Assembly: GCA_026026165.1 (NCBI GenBank)
Contig: JAPEUD010000093.1
Location: forward strand, 62,001 to 88,166
DNA length: 26,166 nucleotides
Origin: Sarea resinae
Lineage: Eukaryota
Direction of reading: 5' to 3'
In this document: one piece after another, positions 10,471-21,222 of the stretch
Numbering within the stretch: position 1 is the first letter of the stretch
Layout of the letters: each line of letters begins with the position of its first letter
The notes under the pieces: generated by a model
Seen by the model: the letters and a program-made list of their open reading frames with translations, nothing else
Told to the model about the DNA's origin: nothing
Databases searched by the model: none
Translations under genes and position numbers: made by a program

Positions 10471-11811
10471 ATGTGAGGCTCAGTGATCTTGCGGTCAATC
10501 AAACATCACACGTCAAACATCACCACTGACCATCATGACTAGGCGCTTGATCATCCGCGACGACCCGGAGGAGGCCTCCAAATACGTGGCCGACTACATC
10601 ATCAGTTAGCCTACCAGTCAATTTGAACGAGATATCCAATGAGCTGACAGCAAGGCAGATCGCATCAAAACCTTTGATCCGTCACCAGAGAAGCCCTTCG
10701 TGCTCGGATTGCCGACTGGTAGCAGCCCGGTCATCGTCTACCGCAACCTCGTCCAGCGTTTCAAGGCTGGAGATATCTCATTCAAGGATGTCGTCACATT
10801 CAACATGGTAACAGATCTTGGCTTTCTCGTGTCAGAGGAAAGCTAATCGATTTCGGTAGGATGAATACGTGGGCATCCCCCGTGAGCACCCGGAGAGCTA
10901 TCACAGCTTCATGTACAAGCACTTTTTCTCCCATGTGGATGTGAATCCTGCCAATATCAACATCTTGAATGGAAACGCCGACAATCTTGAAGCCGAATGT
11001 GTCGCGTACGAGGAGAAAATCAAAAAGGCCGGAGGCATCGAGCTTTTCCTTGGTGGTATTGGTCCGGATGGACACATTGCGTTCAACGAACCGGGTTCCA
11101 GTCTTTCGTCTAGGACTCGTGTCAAGACTCTGGCATATGATACCATTATCGCCAACTCGAGGTTCTTTGGCAATGACCTCAAGCAAGTGCCTCGCATGGC
11201 TTTGACTGTGGGCGTGCAGACCGTCATGGATGTATGCTAGGCCAGAATCCTAACATGATCAAGACTGACAAAATAATAGGCTAAGGAGGTAGTCATCATC
11301 ATTACCGGAGCACACAAGGCCTTGGCCCTGCAGAAGTGCATCGAAGGAGGTGTCAACCACATGTGGACACTGTCTAGCCTCCAGCTACATCCTCATCCGA
11401 TGATTGTCGTTGATGAGGACGCCACCCTGGAACTCCAAGTCAAAACCGTCAAGGTAAGCCAGTCGCCCCTTCAAGTCCGAGAACTTTACTCATATCTTGC
11501 AGTACTTTAAGAGCATTGAACTGGTCGCCTCAGAGCTTGGCTTTGAACAAATCCTCCCATCGGCCGCGAGGACCGGAGCGCATAGAACCAATCAACAGGT
11601 GAGAGGATCCGATCGTCTTGATGAGCCGAGTGGGCAAATGAAGCTCACCAAAGCGGCCGCTTCCGATCCAGAAATGACTGGCGACCTGATACCCGACCGA
11701 ATGGCCTCACGACTGAATGACCCAAGTAAGGCTATTGGACTGGGAGGATTGGTGGCAGACGATCTTCAATTGAGCTCAATGCACTCACGGGTCACTACTG
11801 TGGGTGGGTGA
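10471..11811 (+). CDS. nag1: Glucosamine-6-phosphate deaminase/isomerase; exons 10471-10472, 10543-10604, 10659-10807, 10860-11231, 11280-11453, 11503-11811; 355 aa
   Basis: The spliced product reads MRLIIRDD...[11 protein letters not shown]...VVTFNMDEYVG...[29 protein letters not shown]...[14 protein letters not shown]...VKTVKYFKSI, which are NagB/GNPDA signatures. Five GT-AG introns join the exons in frame. Confidence 0.96.
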
Positions 11812-14800
11812 AAGGAGCTTTCGGGCGGTAGGCAACGAGGTTATGACACCAAAAATGCATGAAATGATTAGATATGATGAACCCTTTTACGGAGTAAAGA
11901 GAGATGGGACGGCCCAAGGCGTTCTGAGGTTCTTTAACAACCCCAAAAACAATGTCCTCTTGAGCTCTACTAGACATGACCAGAACACAAAGTGATGTCC
12001 ATGGACGTGACGAATGGGCTCTCACCATACGTATGAAGTACTCGACTGAATGTGATATCATATTTCTGGAGACAGATACCCTCCCTCCACACAACCCAAG
12101 GGCTCTCTGATACATCAATCATTTTCCTCTGATAGCCCAATCATCGGTACAGTGAGTTGGACTTGCAAAATATGTTGGGACGAACAGGATGGCTCTTCAG
12201 CCGACACCAATGCCCGCGGGTCTTGTTGACGGCAGAGGTCAAGTCAGGCCAGCCCGTGGCTCACTATCAACATGGAGCGACTCGTTGAGATGGCATTCTC
12301 TACGTGGACGGCCAATGACGCCTTCGTATCTCCTCATCAACCATGCCGCTCCAAACTGATCGCAGGTAACATCGGCGGGCCAGCGTCCCGTCGCTTCCCT
12401 CCGAGCTCGGCCTCACCAGCCGTCTCACGGGCTGGGCTGGCCGTCCCGACCGGCTGACTTGCTCCCAAAAGGCCCCCAACTCCGATGCCTAAACAGCCGC
12501 CGTTGCCATTGTCGAGAGAACGGCCGGGTTTCTGGGAGAGCCATTTCAGCCGCGACCAGGTGGGCTGCTCGTAGCAGGGGTGCCACATGGCTGCTTCTTC
12601 TTCTACGTTTGTTCCACGTTGACGCACGATAACGCCGGCCGGCCAAGTCGCGTTATCCCTCCCCACCTCACCCACTCGAGGTCGGTCTCAGATCGACGGC
12701 CATCTAGGGGGGTCATACGTACATATTCTGACACGATCGAGCAGCGGCCCTTCGTGACTCTCGCCCTGGGCGTTCTGTAACGTACCGTACGTAAACGTAG
12801 GATTTCCCCGCGTCGTGCGCGATGTCGCCATGTTGCAATGCTTAGGAATGAGAGCATTCTCCACCAGGCCGCGTGGAGCCACATGGGAAACGGAACGAAC
12901 GTGGAAGCACGGACAGGGTCGACCGTCCATTGAACGCCTTGACGGCCGATACATTTTGTCTACTTTGATCTTGTGATCGATCTAGTCTGTGAGCAAGTGG
13001 CCCATACGGATTCCTGGACGTACGTCTCACAATACGAACGCAGTAGTACTGGTAGGTTCGTCAAAAGGAAGCTGACAAGAGGGACTCGGACGAGGAGAGT
13101 GAGTAGGTAGGTCGTCGAGGTTACAGTTGACGATCTCGCCGCGTAAGGCCAAAGACGATTTAACCAATTTGAGACGGACTTGCTGGGGGAAACAAGCGTG
13201 GGCAAGTCAGATTGGTTAGTGGGATGCATTGGATGTCTGTATCATGACCCTAATCAGATGCTTCTGCTTGCCCTGCAGAGGCAAAGAGGACGCCTTGAGC
13301 AATCGTAGTCATAACGAAGCAATCAACAACGAAAATGGTGATGATGAGGATGATGATGAGACACCATGGCTGGTAAATGCACTGGATAAAGTCGGCGGGG
13401 ATCTTCTGATATCAACAGCAACGATGCGCGGCGCCAGAACAGATTCGCCGTTCTAGACCCTTGGCTGCATGCATGCACGCAGGGCTACGTGATAAACTTC
13501 CCGTTCTCCTCAGACTCCCGACTGCACTCGACAGGGAGACCCAGGCCATCCATCATTCGCTCCAGCTTCCGCCCGCCATACATGGCCTGCGCATGCCCAT
13601 TCTCAAACCCCGAATACGATGCCCTACCCTGCATCTGCCCTGCCCTCCATCCGATTGCCCTGCGCTGCCATTACGGACGTCGAGAAGAGGCAAGTCAGGA
13701 AAATAAGATTTGGACTCGAAACATCGAACGGTCAAACGTGCCCGAGACACACAGAACACAGGCAGCCGCATACTATGTAGGCCCCGATGAACAGGCTCAT
13801 CCTCGGCCCTTCGATTGGCGGCGGAAGAAGCCGCGGTTACATCGACTCGTCACGTCGTCTCGCTGTTCCATCGATGTTCTTCTTCCCATCGCTTCTCTCG
13901 ACGACGGTCCTGGCCGCTATCGACCTTAGAGCCGCCATTCATGCCGGATGAGCCCAAGTTGTGATCTTTTTCGTTCGGTCGCGTGGGGCATCACCGTCTA
14001 CTATCTACGCGGTCCGCTCGACTGACCGAGGACATGACTGATCCACTTCTCTCTCCCTCTCGACGGCTCCAGCTGCTCGATCAACACGCTTGCTCTCCGT
14101 AGTTCCTCGTAGTTCTGATGGGGTGGATGGATGGGTGGATGGAGAGCGACACGCTCGGCAGATGAGTGAGGCACAGCAGAACCCGACAGTCGACCAGAAG
14201 ACGACAACAGTACTCGACTCAGTCAGGATTAGCTACCTTACCTGACAGCTCCAGCTTACCTTGCCTTGCCGTACCTGGGCCCCCCCTCGCATCATTACTC
14301 TATTATTATTGCCTCGTCGTCGTCGTCGTCGTCGTCCTCCTCCTCCGCGGCGTCGCAACGCTAAAAGCTTCTTCGGGAAATCTTGGTCCGCTCGCTGACC
14401 CAGTGATCCGCCGAAGATCACTTCCATTCCGTCTTGGCCGTGCTGGCCCGTCCGGTGCTGGCCGTCCCCAATCATTCAATTCGAGTCCGCATCTCCGAGA
14501 CTCGATCGACCGGCGCTGCCAATGATACTGCACGTATCGTACGAAGGCTGTCTTCCGGTGGCATCGATCATTGACCGTCGTAGTATTCGTGGACGATCTG
14601 CTGGCAACTACTCGCATTCGTGCTTCTTATACGATACCGGAACCATCAATGCTCGTACGCGGTCGTAGTGATAGAGTAATGGAAAGAGTAACATCAGGAT
14701 ATACTACCACTCTCACTACCGTGACCACCACGATCGAGTGTCTTTTCTGCTCTGGGCGAGAAAGTAACGTATTATTCGTACTGCCGTGTAATAGCTACGC

Positions 14801-15463
14801 GCAAGCAGAGAGTCTAGAGACACCTGAAAATAGACGATACTACCTTATCTCACCATCCCATCCCATGCCATGCCATGCCATCCCTCCCCTTCCCTTCCCT
14901 TCCCTTCCGTTCCCTTGCCCTACTGGGCTCTTCCACTCCCACGAAGGACAGAGGCGTTTGCTTTCGACGGCCCTTCCACCCTAACGAATACTTCCATGGC
15001 CGCCTGCTCTTCGCCTCTGTCGCCTGTCGCCTGCCCTTAGCTCTGAGCAAGCAACGAGCCCTCACCAGTCATCTCTCTCCACCCCACCATTCGGATAGCC
15101 CATCTTAATCCTGAACCCTTAACACACAGCCCTTAACCCACGAACCCCAGGCCCCAGAGAACACCATGCAGGAGCTCCCTTTGCAACGACGGCTCGTGCC
15201 TCTGCTCGTATTCTCTGGCAAGACAGACTTGGTCCATTCGCCATCCATGGACACACCGTGATCTCTCAATTACACCTTCGGCCGCTTGCTATCCCCATTA
15301 CCACGTTTAAGATCTCTTCCAAGCCGATACCCATCATGATAGGCCTCGTACCTTGATACCCACCGCCCCTCTCTTGAGCATAGCATATATATCTTCCGCC
15401 CCGTCATACCAGCACCGGTGCCACATCCTTTGCGACTTCTCGCCTCTTGTGTCACCGTGTTCA

Positions 15464-17162
15464 ATGCAGGGTTTGCGGCAGAGCTTCCTCTCTGGCGTCG
15501 AAATGCTCCTGATGGTTCCCTCACTTGTGCGGACCTTTTTCGTCCCGGCCTCTCCGAAACACGTACACGATGTAGTACGGAGCTACGAGAGGACGATGGA
15601 AGACTTGGAGTTGGAAGTGAGCAGGCTGTTTGAGGCGCCGCTGCAGACGGCGAACATGTTGGATATGTCACGCCAGTTGCAGGATCAATTCAAAGACCGG
15701 TTACAGTCGAGTGGCAGCTGCATGTTGCCTTCGTATAGCCACACCCTACCGAGCGGAGAGGAGCGCGGAACATTTCTCGCTTTAGACGTGGGCGGCTCGA
15801 CGTTGCGGGTGGCCTTGGTCGAGCTGTCAGGCAGACGCGTTGCAGGCAACCCGATGACCATCTTGGGCATCGATAGTTTTCGAATCGGGGAACAACAGAG
15901 GAGGTTGGAGGGAGTTGCATTTTTCGACTGGATGGCGGAAAGGATAGCGGAAATGCTTGGAAAATATGGGAGTGGGCGCGCTACGGGCAGCACTCCTCTC
16001 TCCACAGGATTGGCGTGGTCATTTCCAATAGAGTGAGTCGGGTTAATGTAGAGCGCTATTACAAAAGCTAATCATGACAAGACAAACCTCGTTGCGCACG
16101 GGATCGTTGATTGGCATGGGCAAAGGCTTTCTGGCCAGCCAGGGACTAGTGGGCAAAGACCTCGGTGCATTGATTACTGAAGCATGTCAAAGACGGGTAT
16201 GTCCTTTCGTAATCTCATTCAGTGCTCGATCTGACCAGCAACAGAATGTCAATATACGAATGGATGCAATCTTGAATGATTCTTCGGCGACACTACTTTC
16301 GCGAGCATATCAGGACGAGACTACACGGATGGCCTTGATTCTCGGAACAGGGACAAATGCAGCTATTCATCTGCCTGTGTCCGCATTAGGGCATGGTAAA
16401 TTCGGGAACCGGCCGCAGAGCTGGCATGACAAGGCAACCCATGTCCTGGTCAACACGGAACTCAGCATGTTTGGTAAAAACGTCTGGGTTACGACGCGAT
16501 GGGATGACTACTTGAATGCGACTCATATCCTACCGGACTTTCAGCCATTCGAGCACCTCATCGGCGGACGTTACCTTGGGGAGATTGTCCGATTAATTCT
16601 GGTCGAAGCTATCGAAACTGCTGGACTTTTCGACGGCGAGATGCCCCTGGGATTCAACGAGCCATATAGTCTAGATACTGGCACGATTGCTGGGATCGAA
16701 GCGTACGTTTGATCTACGCTTGATTCGTTTTAGGATCCTCACTAATGTGCTGTTAGCGATGATTCGCCCACTCTTGCAACCGCGTGTACAGTCCTCCAGA
16801 ACGCACATCCGCTCCTCTCACCCCCCCGAACGGCCGATCTACTCTTTGTCCGCCACGTCTGCCAGCTCGTATCACGCCGTGCGGCAGCATATCTGGCTAC
16901 GGGCATTCATGCTCTTTGGAGCTTGCGAAACACAGCCGAGAGATTCTCGCCTGCCGCGGTTGCGGAACAACCCCTCTCTATCAGCTACGACGGTAGTGTG
17001 CTAGAGAAGTATCCAGGCTTCAAGGATAAGTGTCAGGCCTACATCGATACGCTGGTCGATGATGGTGGACATGTCTCGCTTGAGCCGGCTGTCGAGAGTG
17101 CCATTCTTGGCGCTGCTGTTGCGGTTGGCTGCGTCGAGGCCGAAAGAGCCCAGGAGATCTGA
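15464..17162 (+). CDS. hxk3: Atypical hexokinase, probable GlcNAc kinase (HXK3/Nag5 type); exons 15464-16032, 16082-16196, 16245-16702, 16757-17162; about 515 aa
   Basis: Hexokinase motifs FLALDVGGSTLRV, GLAWSFPIEQ, MGKGF, ILNDSSATLL, LILGTGTNA, VNTELSMFG, FEHLIGGRYLGEIVR and DGSVLEKYPGF. Three GT-AG introns give a continuous frame. The start is taken as the first in-frame ATG. Substrate specificity is inferred from cluster context. Confidence 0.88.
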
Positions 17163-17873
17163 TGATTTGCCTGAGAGGTCATCTTCACTGGCAAGACTCG
17201 TCACGAGACATGATATGATAATCCTTTGGATTTGCATCCGATCTGACTTGCGCACGCCAGCATATTGCATGGGCATGGTCATGGCGTTCTCGGCGACCGT
17301 TCTCTTTCCGTCCGATGTATTTCTGCATCTCGCATGAGTCCGTCTTGCATATTTACTTATCCTTTGTGGTTTCTGTTGTTGTGGGCTGATGATGGAAACG
17401 AATTCGACGGGCGCACTGGTGGCGCCCCATCATTTTCTTTTCGCCTTCGGCTCCGATCGATCTTTCTGGACTTAATCGGCCAATACAATGGGAATGAATA
17501 GATAAGACCGGAGGTTGTGGCTTGCTTGGATCGTGGCTTTTCAGAAGCATCTTATGGGATAGCAATACAGCATTTGGTTATTAAGGTTATTTGAAGCCGC
17601 AATTATGCACCTGTGAAGAGCTGTGATGGCGGCAATGGCTCATTGAGGTCGTTCGAGGTCAAATGCTGTTTGTCAATGTGGCCGCGCAGTCACTGTAATC
17701 CAATTGCCTATTTCAGTCTAATCTGATCGTCGACCTCGGTTGTGTTGTAGAATTTTGGCGTCGAATTTGGCGATTCGCGCAAGCGCCAGCTTCCTTGCAA
17801 AACCAATCTGGCATAAACGCTTCGTGAGTTTTTGTCTGGCGTCCCCGCGAAACTGCCGCACTCCATCTCAAGC

Positions 17874-19868
17874 ATGGCAGTAAAAGCAAAGAAAAAAGCA
17901 GACATCTCGACACTTAAACCCTCGACCGAAAACTCTGCAGCCTCCTCGACCTCTGCTCGAGTGCGTCTGCACATCTCACCGCTGAACCCTGCGCTCCTCG
18001 CAACTCTGATTCCCGCTTCAGTCCTCCCGCTGGCCGAGAACATTTCCTATCACAGCATCCAGACCTTTCCGGAGAAGAACTACGGATACGTCGACCTGCC
18101 CAAGCCGGACGCCGACAGGATGAAGAAGAAGTACAATGGCTTGATCTTGAAGGGCGCCAAGATGCACATCGAGGACGCGCGGCCGGAGAAGCGAACAGCG
18201 ACCGCGGCTGCCGAGGACGACGAAGAGCCTGATGTCCGGCACCAGCGGCCGAAGAAACGGAAGCGCGAGGATGGTGTCTTGCCGGGGGTGGAGCTGCCGG
18301 ATGGAAGACGAGTCCAACGAGCCTGGACGAAGACGCCACGCGAGGTCAAGGCGGACAAGACGCCCAAGGACAAGAAGAGCCGAGTGCAAGTGTCGAAACA
18401 CTCTACGAATCCAGAATTGCTCTTCCGCACCACCCTGCCTCCCAATGTGGCCAGTCAGGATCCCAGCTCGAGCTCGAAGAAGAAGGCCAGTGAGCGCCGG
18501 GGGAAGAACGGAGGCCGGAAGGAGGCTATCGTACATGAGTTCACCAATACGACAAAGTACTCGACCTTTTTGAGAGAGAGTCAGATACAATCCGGTGGGA
18601 AGCTGGTGGCGGATTTTGTAGAGGGGAAGGGCTGGGTCGACGCGGATGGTGTGGTGATTGAGCCGGAGAAAAAGGCACGACGGAAACTTGAGGCACTTCA
18701 GCGGCGAATGTTGGCGAATGAGGATGAGCATACGGAGAGCAAGGGGAGTGATGCGGCCAAGAAGAGAAAGGCAAAAGGCAAAGTGCCGGCTACAGTAGAA
18801 GATGATTACACCTCGTCCAGCGGGTCTTCCGCAGAAGAAGAAGAAGAAGAAGAAAGCGAAGACGATGATGAAGATGAAAGCGGAGACGAATCCGCGCTCT
18901 CTGCCGGCCTGTCATCCAATTCGTCCTCGGAAGATGAGGCAACATCGTCAAGCGACTCTTCAGAGGCATCAGAAGAAGAAACAAAGTCGGACCCAGTCAA
19001 GAAGACGTCTCACACCACAGCAACACCATCTGCCCCTTCTTTATCATCCAGCACCCCAAAGCAGAAACAAGGGCCAACCAGCGTGTCCCAGCCGTCCACG
19101 TCGCCCCCTCGCACGCGCGAGATCCACCCTCTAGAAGCGCTCTTCAAGCGGCCGGCTGCGAACCCCTCGACGCCAGCCACAGCCACAGCGACCGCGACAG
19201 CCTCAGCCAAAGACACAAGCGCCTCTCCCAAACCACCACAGCTGCAGATCGACACCGCCTTCAGCTTCTTCGACCCGGATCCCACGTCCCCGGCCGCAGA
19301 CGACGGCGACGTCGACCCGCCGCCCATGCCCCAGACGCCCTTTACGGCGCGCGACATGCAGGCGCGCCGGATCCGCAGCGCGGCGCCGACGCCCGACACC
19401 GAAGCCATCAAGGGCGGCTATTTCGGATGGGGGGGAGCTGGCTACGGTGATGAGCAGGACGACGACGACAACGATGATTACGATGGTGAAGAGATGGCCG
19501 GCGGCCGGACGGCGCGAAGCGGGCTGCTCGTGTGGGATGACGCCACGGACATGAACACGAAATCGAACGCCAAAACTTCCAACAACACCGCGGCGGCGGT
19601 GGCGGGGAATTCGTACAGCAACAGCAGTAGTACTCGTCGCGATGTCGACGTCGACATGGACGCGGATTTCATGCCGACAACACCAGCAGTGCCCGAGTCG
19701 GGCGCGGGCCAAGAGACGGGCAACGCCGCCGAGAGCGCGTTCGCGGCTTGGTTCTGGGAACATCGCGGCGAGACGAACCGGGCGTGGAAAAGGCGGCGAC
19801 GGGAAAAGGGCAAGGAGGCACGGAAGAGGGCGAATAAGAAGGGGGGTTCGTTGTCGGTGACATTGTGA
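17874..19868 (+). CDS. Conserved fungal nucleolar-type protein with a degenerate N-terminal RRM (Nop8/NOL8-like; often annotated SRP40-like)
   Basis: A single long ORF with its first ATG at 17874. It has the RRM-like segment VRLHISPL...NYGYVDL...NGLILKGAKMHIEDARPE, basic NLS-like KKRKR, a long acidic/Ser tract and a C-terminal FWEHRGETNRAWKRRRRE. Confidence 0.72.
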   Translation: MAVKAKKKADISTLKPSTENSAASSTSARVRLHISPLNPALLATLIPASVLPLAENISYHSIQTFPEKNYGYVDLPKPDADRMKKKYNGLILKGAKMHIEDARPEKRTATAAAEDDEEPDVRHQRPKKRKREDGVLPGVELPDGRRVQRAWTKTPREVKADKTPKDKKSRVQVSKHSTNPELLFRTTLPPNVASQDPSSSSKKKASERRGKNGGRKEAIVHEFTNTTKYSTFLRESQIQSGGKLVADFVEGKGWVDADGVVIEPEKKARRKLEALQRRMLANEDEHTESKGSDAAKKRKAKGKVPATVEDDYTSSSGSSAEEEEEEESEDDDEDESGDESALSAGLSSNSSSEDEATSSSDSSEASEEETKSDPVKKTSHTTATPSAPSLSSSTPKQKQGPTSVSQPSTSPPRTREIHPLEALFKRPAANPSTPATATATATASAKDTSASPKPPQLQIDTAFSFFDPDPTSPAADDGDVDPPPMPQTPFTARDMQARRIRSAAPTPDTEAIKGGYFGWGGAGYGDEQDDDDNDDYDGEEMAGGRTARSGLLVWDDATDMNTKSNAKTSNNTAAAVAGNSYSNSSSTRRDVDVDMDADFMPTTPAVPESGAGQETGNAAESAFAAWFWEHRGETNRAWKRRRREKGKEARKRANKKGGSLSVTL

Positions 19869-19869
19869 T

Positions 19870-21060
19870 GGATGTAGATGTGATGTGATGTACGGGTATA
19901 GGTGATGGCTATACTAAGCGGTTACGAGGGGGAAAGGGGGGAGAGGGGGGAGAGGGGGGGTAATATACCTAGGTAGAAGAACAGAAAAAGGGGGAGAAAG
20001 AAAGAGGGGGGGAGAAAGAAAGAGGGGGGGAGAAAGAAAGAGGGGGGGAGAAAGAAAGAGGGGAGTAGACAGATAGACAGATAGATAGATAGCTAGGAAC
20101 GTATAGAATGAAATATAAAACTTAAATCTGAGCCTCTACTTGCTCTCCTCTCCTCTATTCTACTCTACTCTACTCTACTCTAACTACCTAGTATAGCACA
20201 CGTATAGTATAGGATAAGTAGGTAGAGAAAAGTAGGCAGGAGAAAAGTAGGTAGGGAAAAGTGCAGCGTAAAACAATCTCACCCTTTACTTATTCCAAAG
20301 GATCTTCTCTTCTCTTGTATAACTCATAATACTACCATCTTTACCTACACCTATACCTATATCTACACCTACACCTACACCTACACCTACACCTACACCT
20401 ACACCTACACGTAAGTTAGTACAGAAGACTAAGACTAAGACTAAGAGTAAAGTACCTAGATCGATCGATCGATAATAAACCCTTTGACATTTAGACGGTG
20501 TTTTCTAGTTTTCTAGCTCTACATAGCATCGCATAGCATCGCATAGTATGGTAGCATTCGAAAAGTTATTCTGAGACCTAGACTTGGAACAGAAAGAAAA
20601 AAAAAAAATAAAATGTCGAGTAAAAAATAGAGGAGAGTAGAAGAGTTTGGTTCAGCTCCGATTTCAAGACTTTTTTTTCGAGCTCTTCTTAGCTCTTCTT
20701 AGCTCTTCCTAGCTCTGCTATAGTAGGCTCTCCTCAACTACTTTGCTATACTGACTAGAAAAGAGACAGGGGGAAAAAAAAAAAGAAACGCCAGACGCTC
20801 GCTCGCTCGTGCAGTGCTAGTGCTAGTGCTAGTGCTGTGCAGAGGGGGGGAAATGCAGAGAAGAGGGGAAAATGCAGTCAAGAGGGGAAATTGCAATGCA
20901 TGCATGCATACCTTAGCTTACTTACCCTTATGTAGCTATTCTTCTTTAGCTACTCTTATCTAGCTACCTACTTACCTCTTTAGCTACCTACCTACCTACC
21001 TAGGGAATTTTAGAACCTGTCGTCCGTCTTATTCTCATCATTATCGACATCTATCATAAA
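19870..21060. repeat. Second AT-rich, TpA-rich simple-repeat tract (RIP-like)
   Basis: G-tracts at 19928-19960, the 18-bp unit AGAAAGAAAGAGGGGGGG repeated about 3.8 times at 19995-20063, (CTACAC)8 at 20363-20410, plus (TACTC)n, (GACTAA)n, (AGCTCTTCTT)n, (GTGCTA)n, (CTAC)n and poly-A runs. There is no credible ORF. Confidence 0.85.
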
Positions 21061-21222
21061 TAGTGCCAGAGTCATGAAAGACGGGGTCGTAGAAGACAGA
21101 GCCGTCGAAGATGGAATCAGAGAAGACGGGGTCCAAGTCAGACAGAAAGAAACACAGACGCTATGATAGATGCCCAGAGAAACAAAGAAAAGCCATGCAA
21201 GCAAGAGGGCATCGAACAGCAA

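Noticed and set aside
12272..15108. Numerous 60-146 aa ORFs between nag1 and hxk3
   Set aside because: They overlap on both strands, are low-complexity or SSR-derived, and show no family motifs or consistent splice structure.
17914..19863. Long antisense ORFs over the Nop8-like gene
   Set aside because: They are shadow frames of a GC-rich, low-complexity coding sequence.
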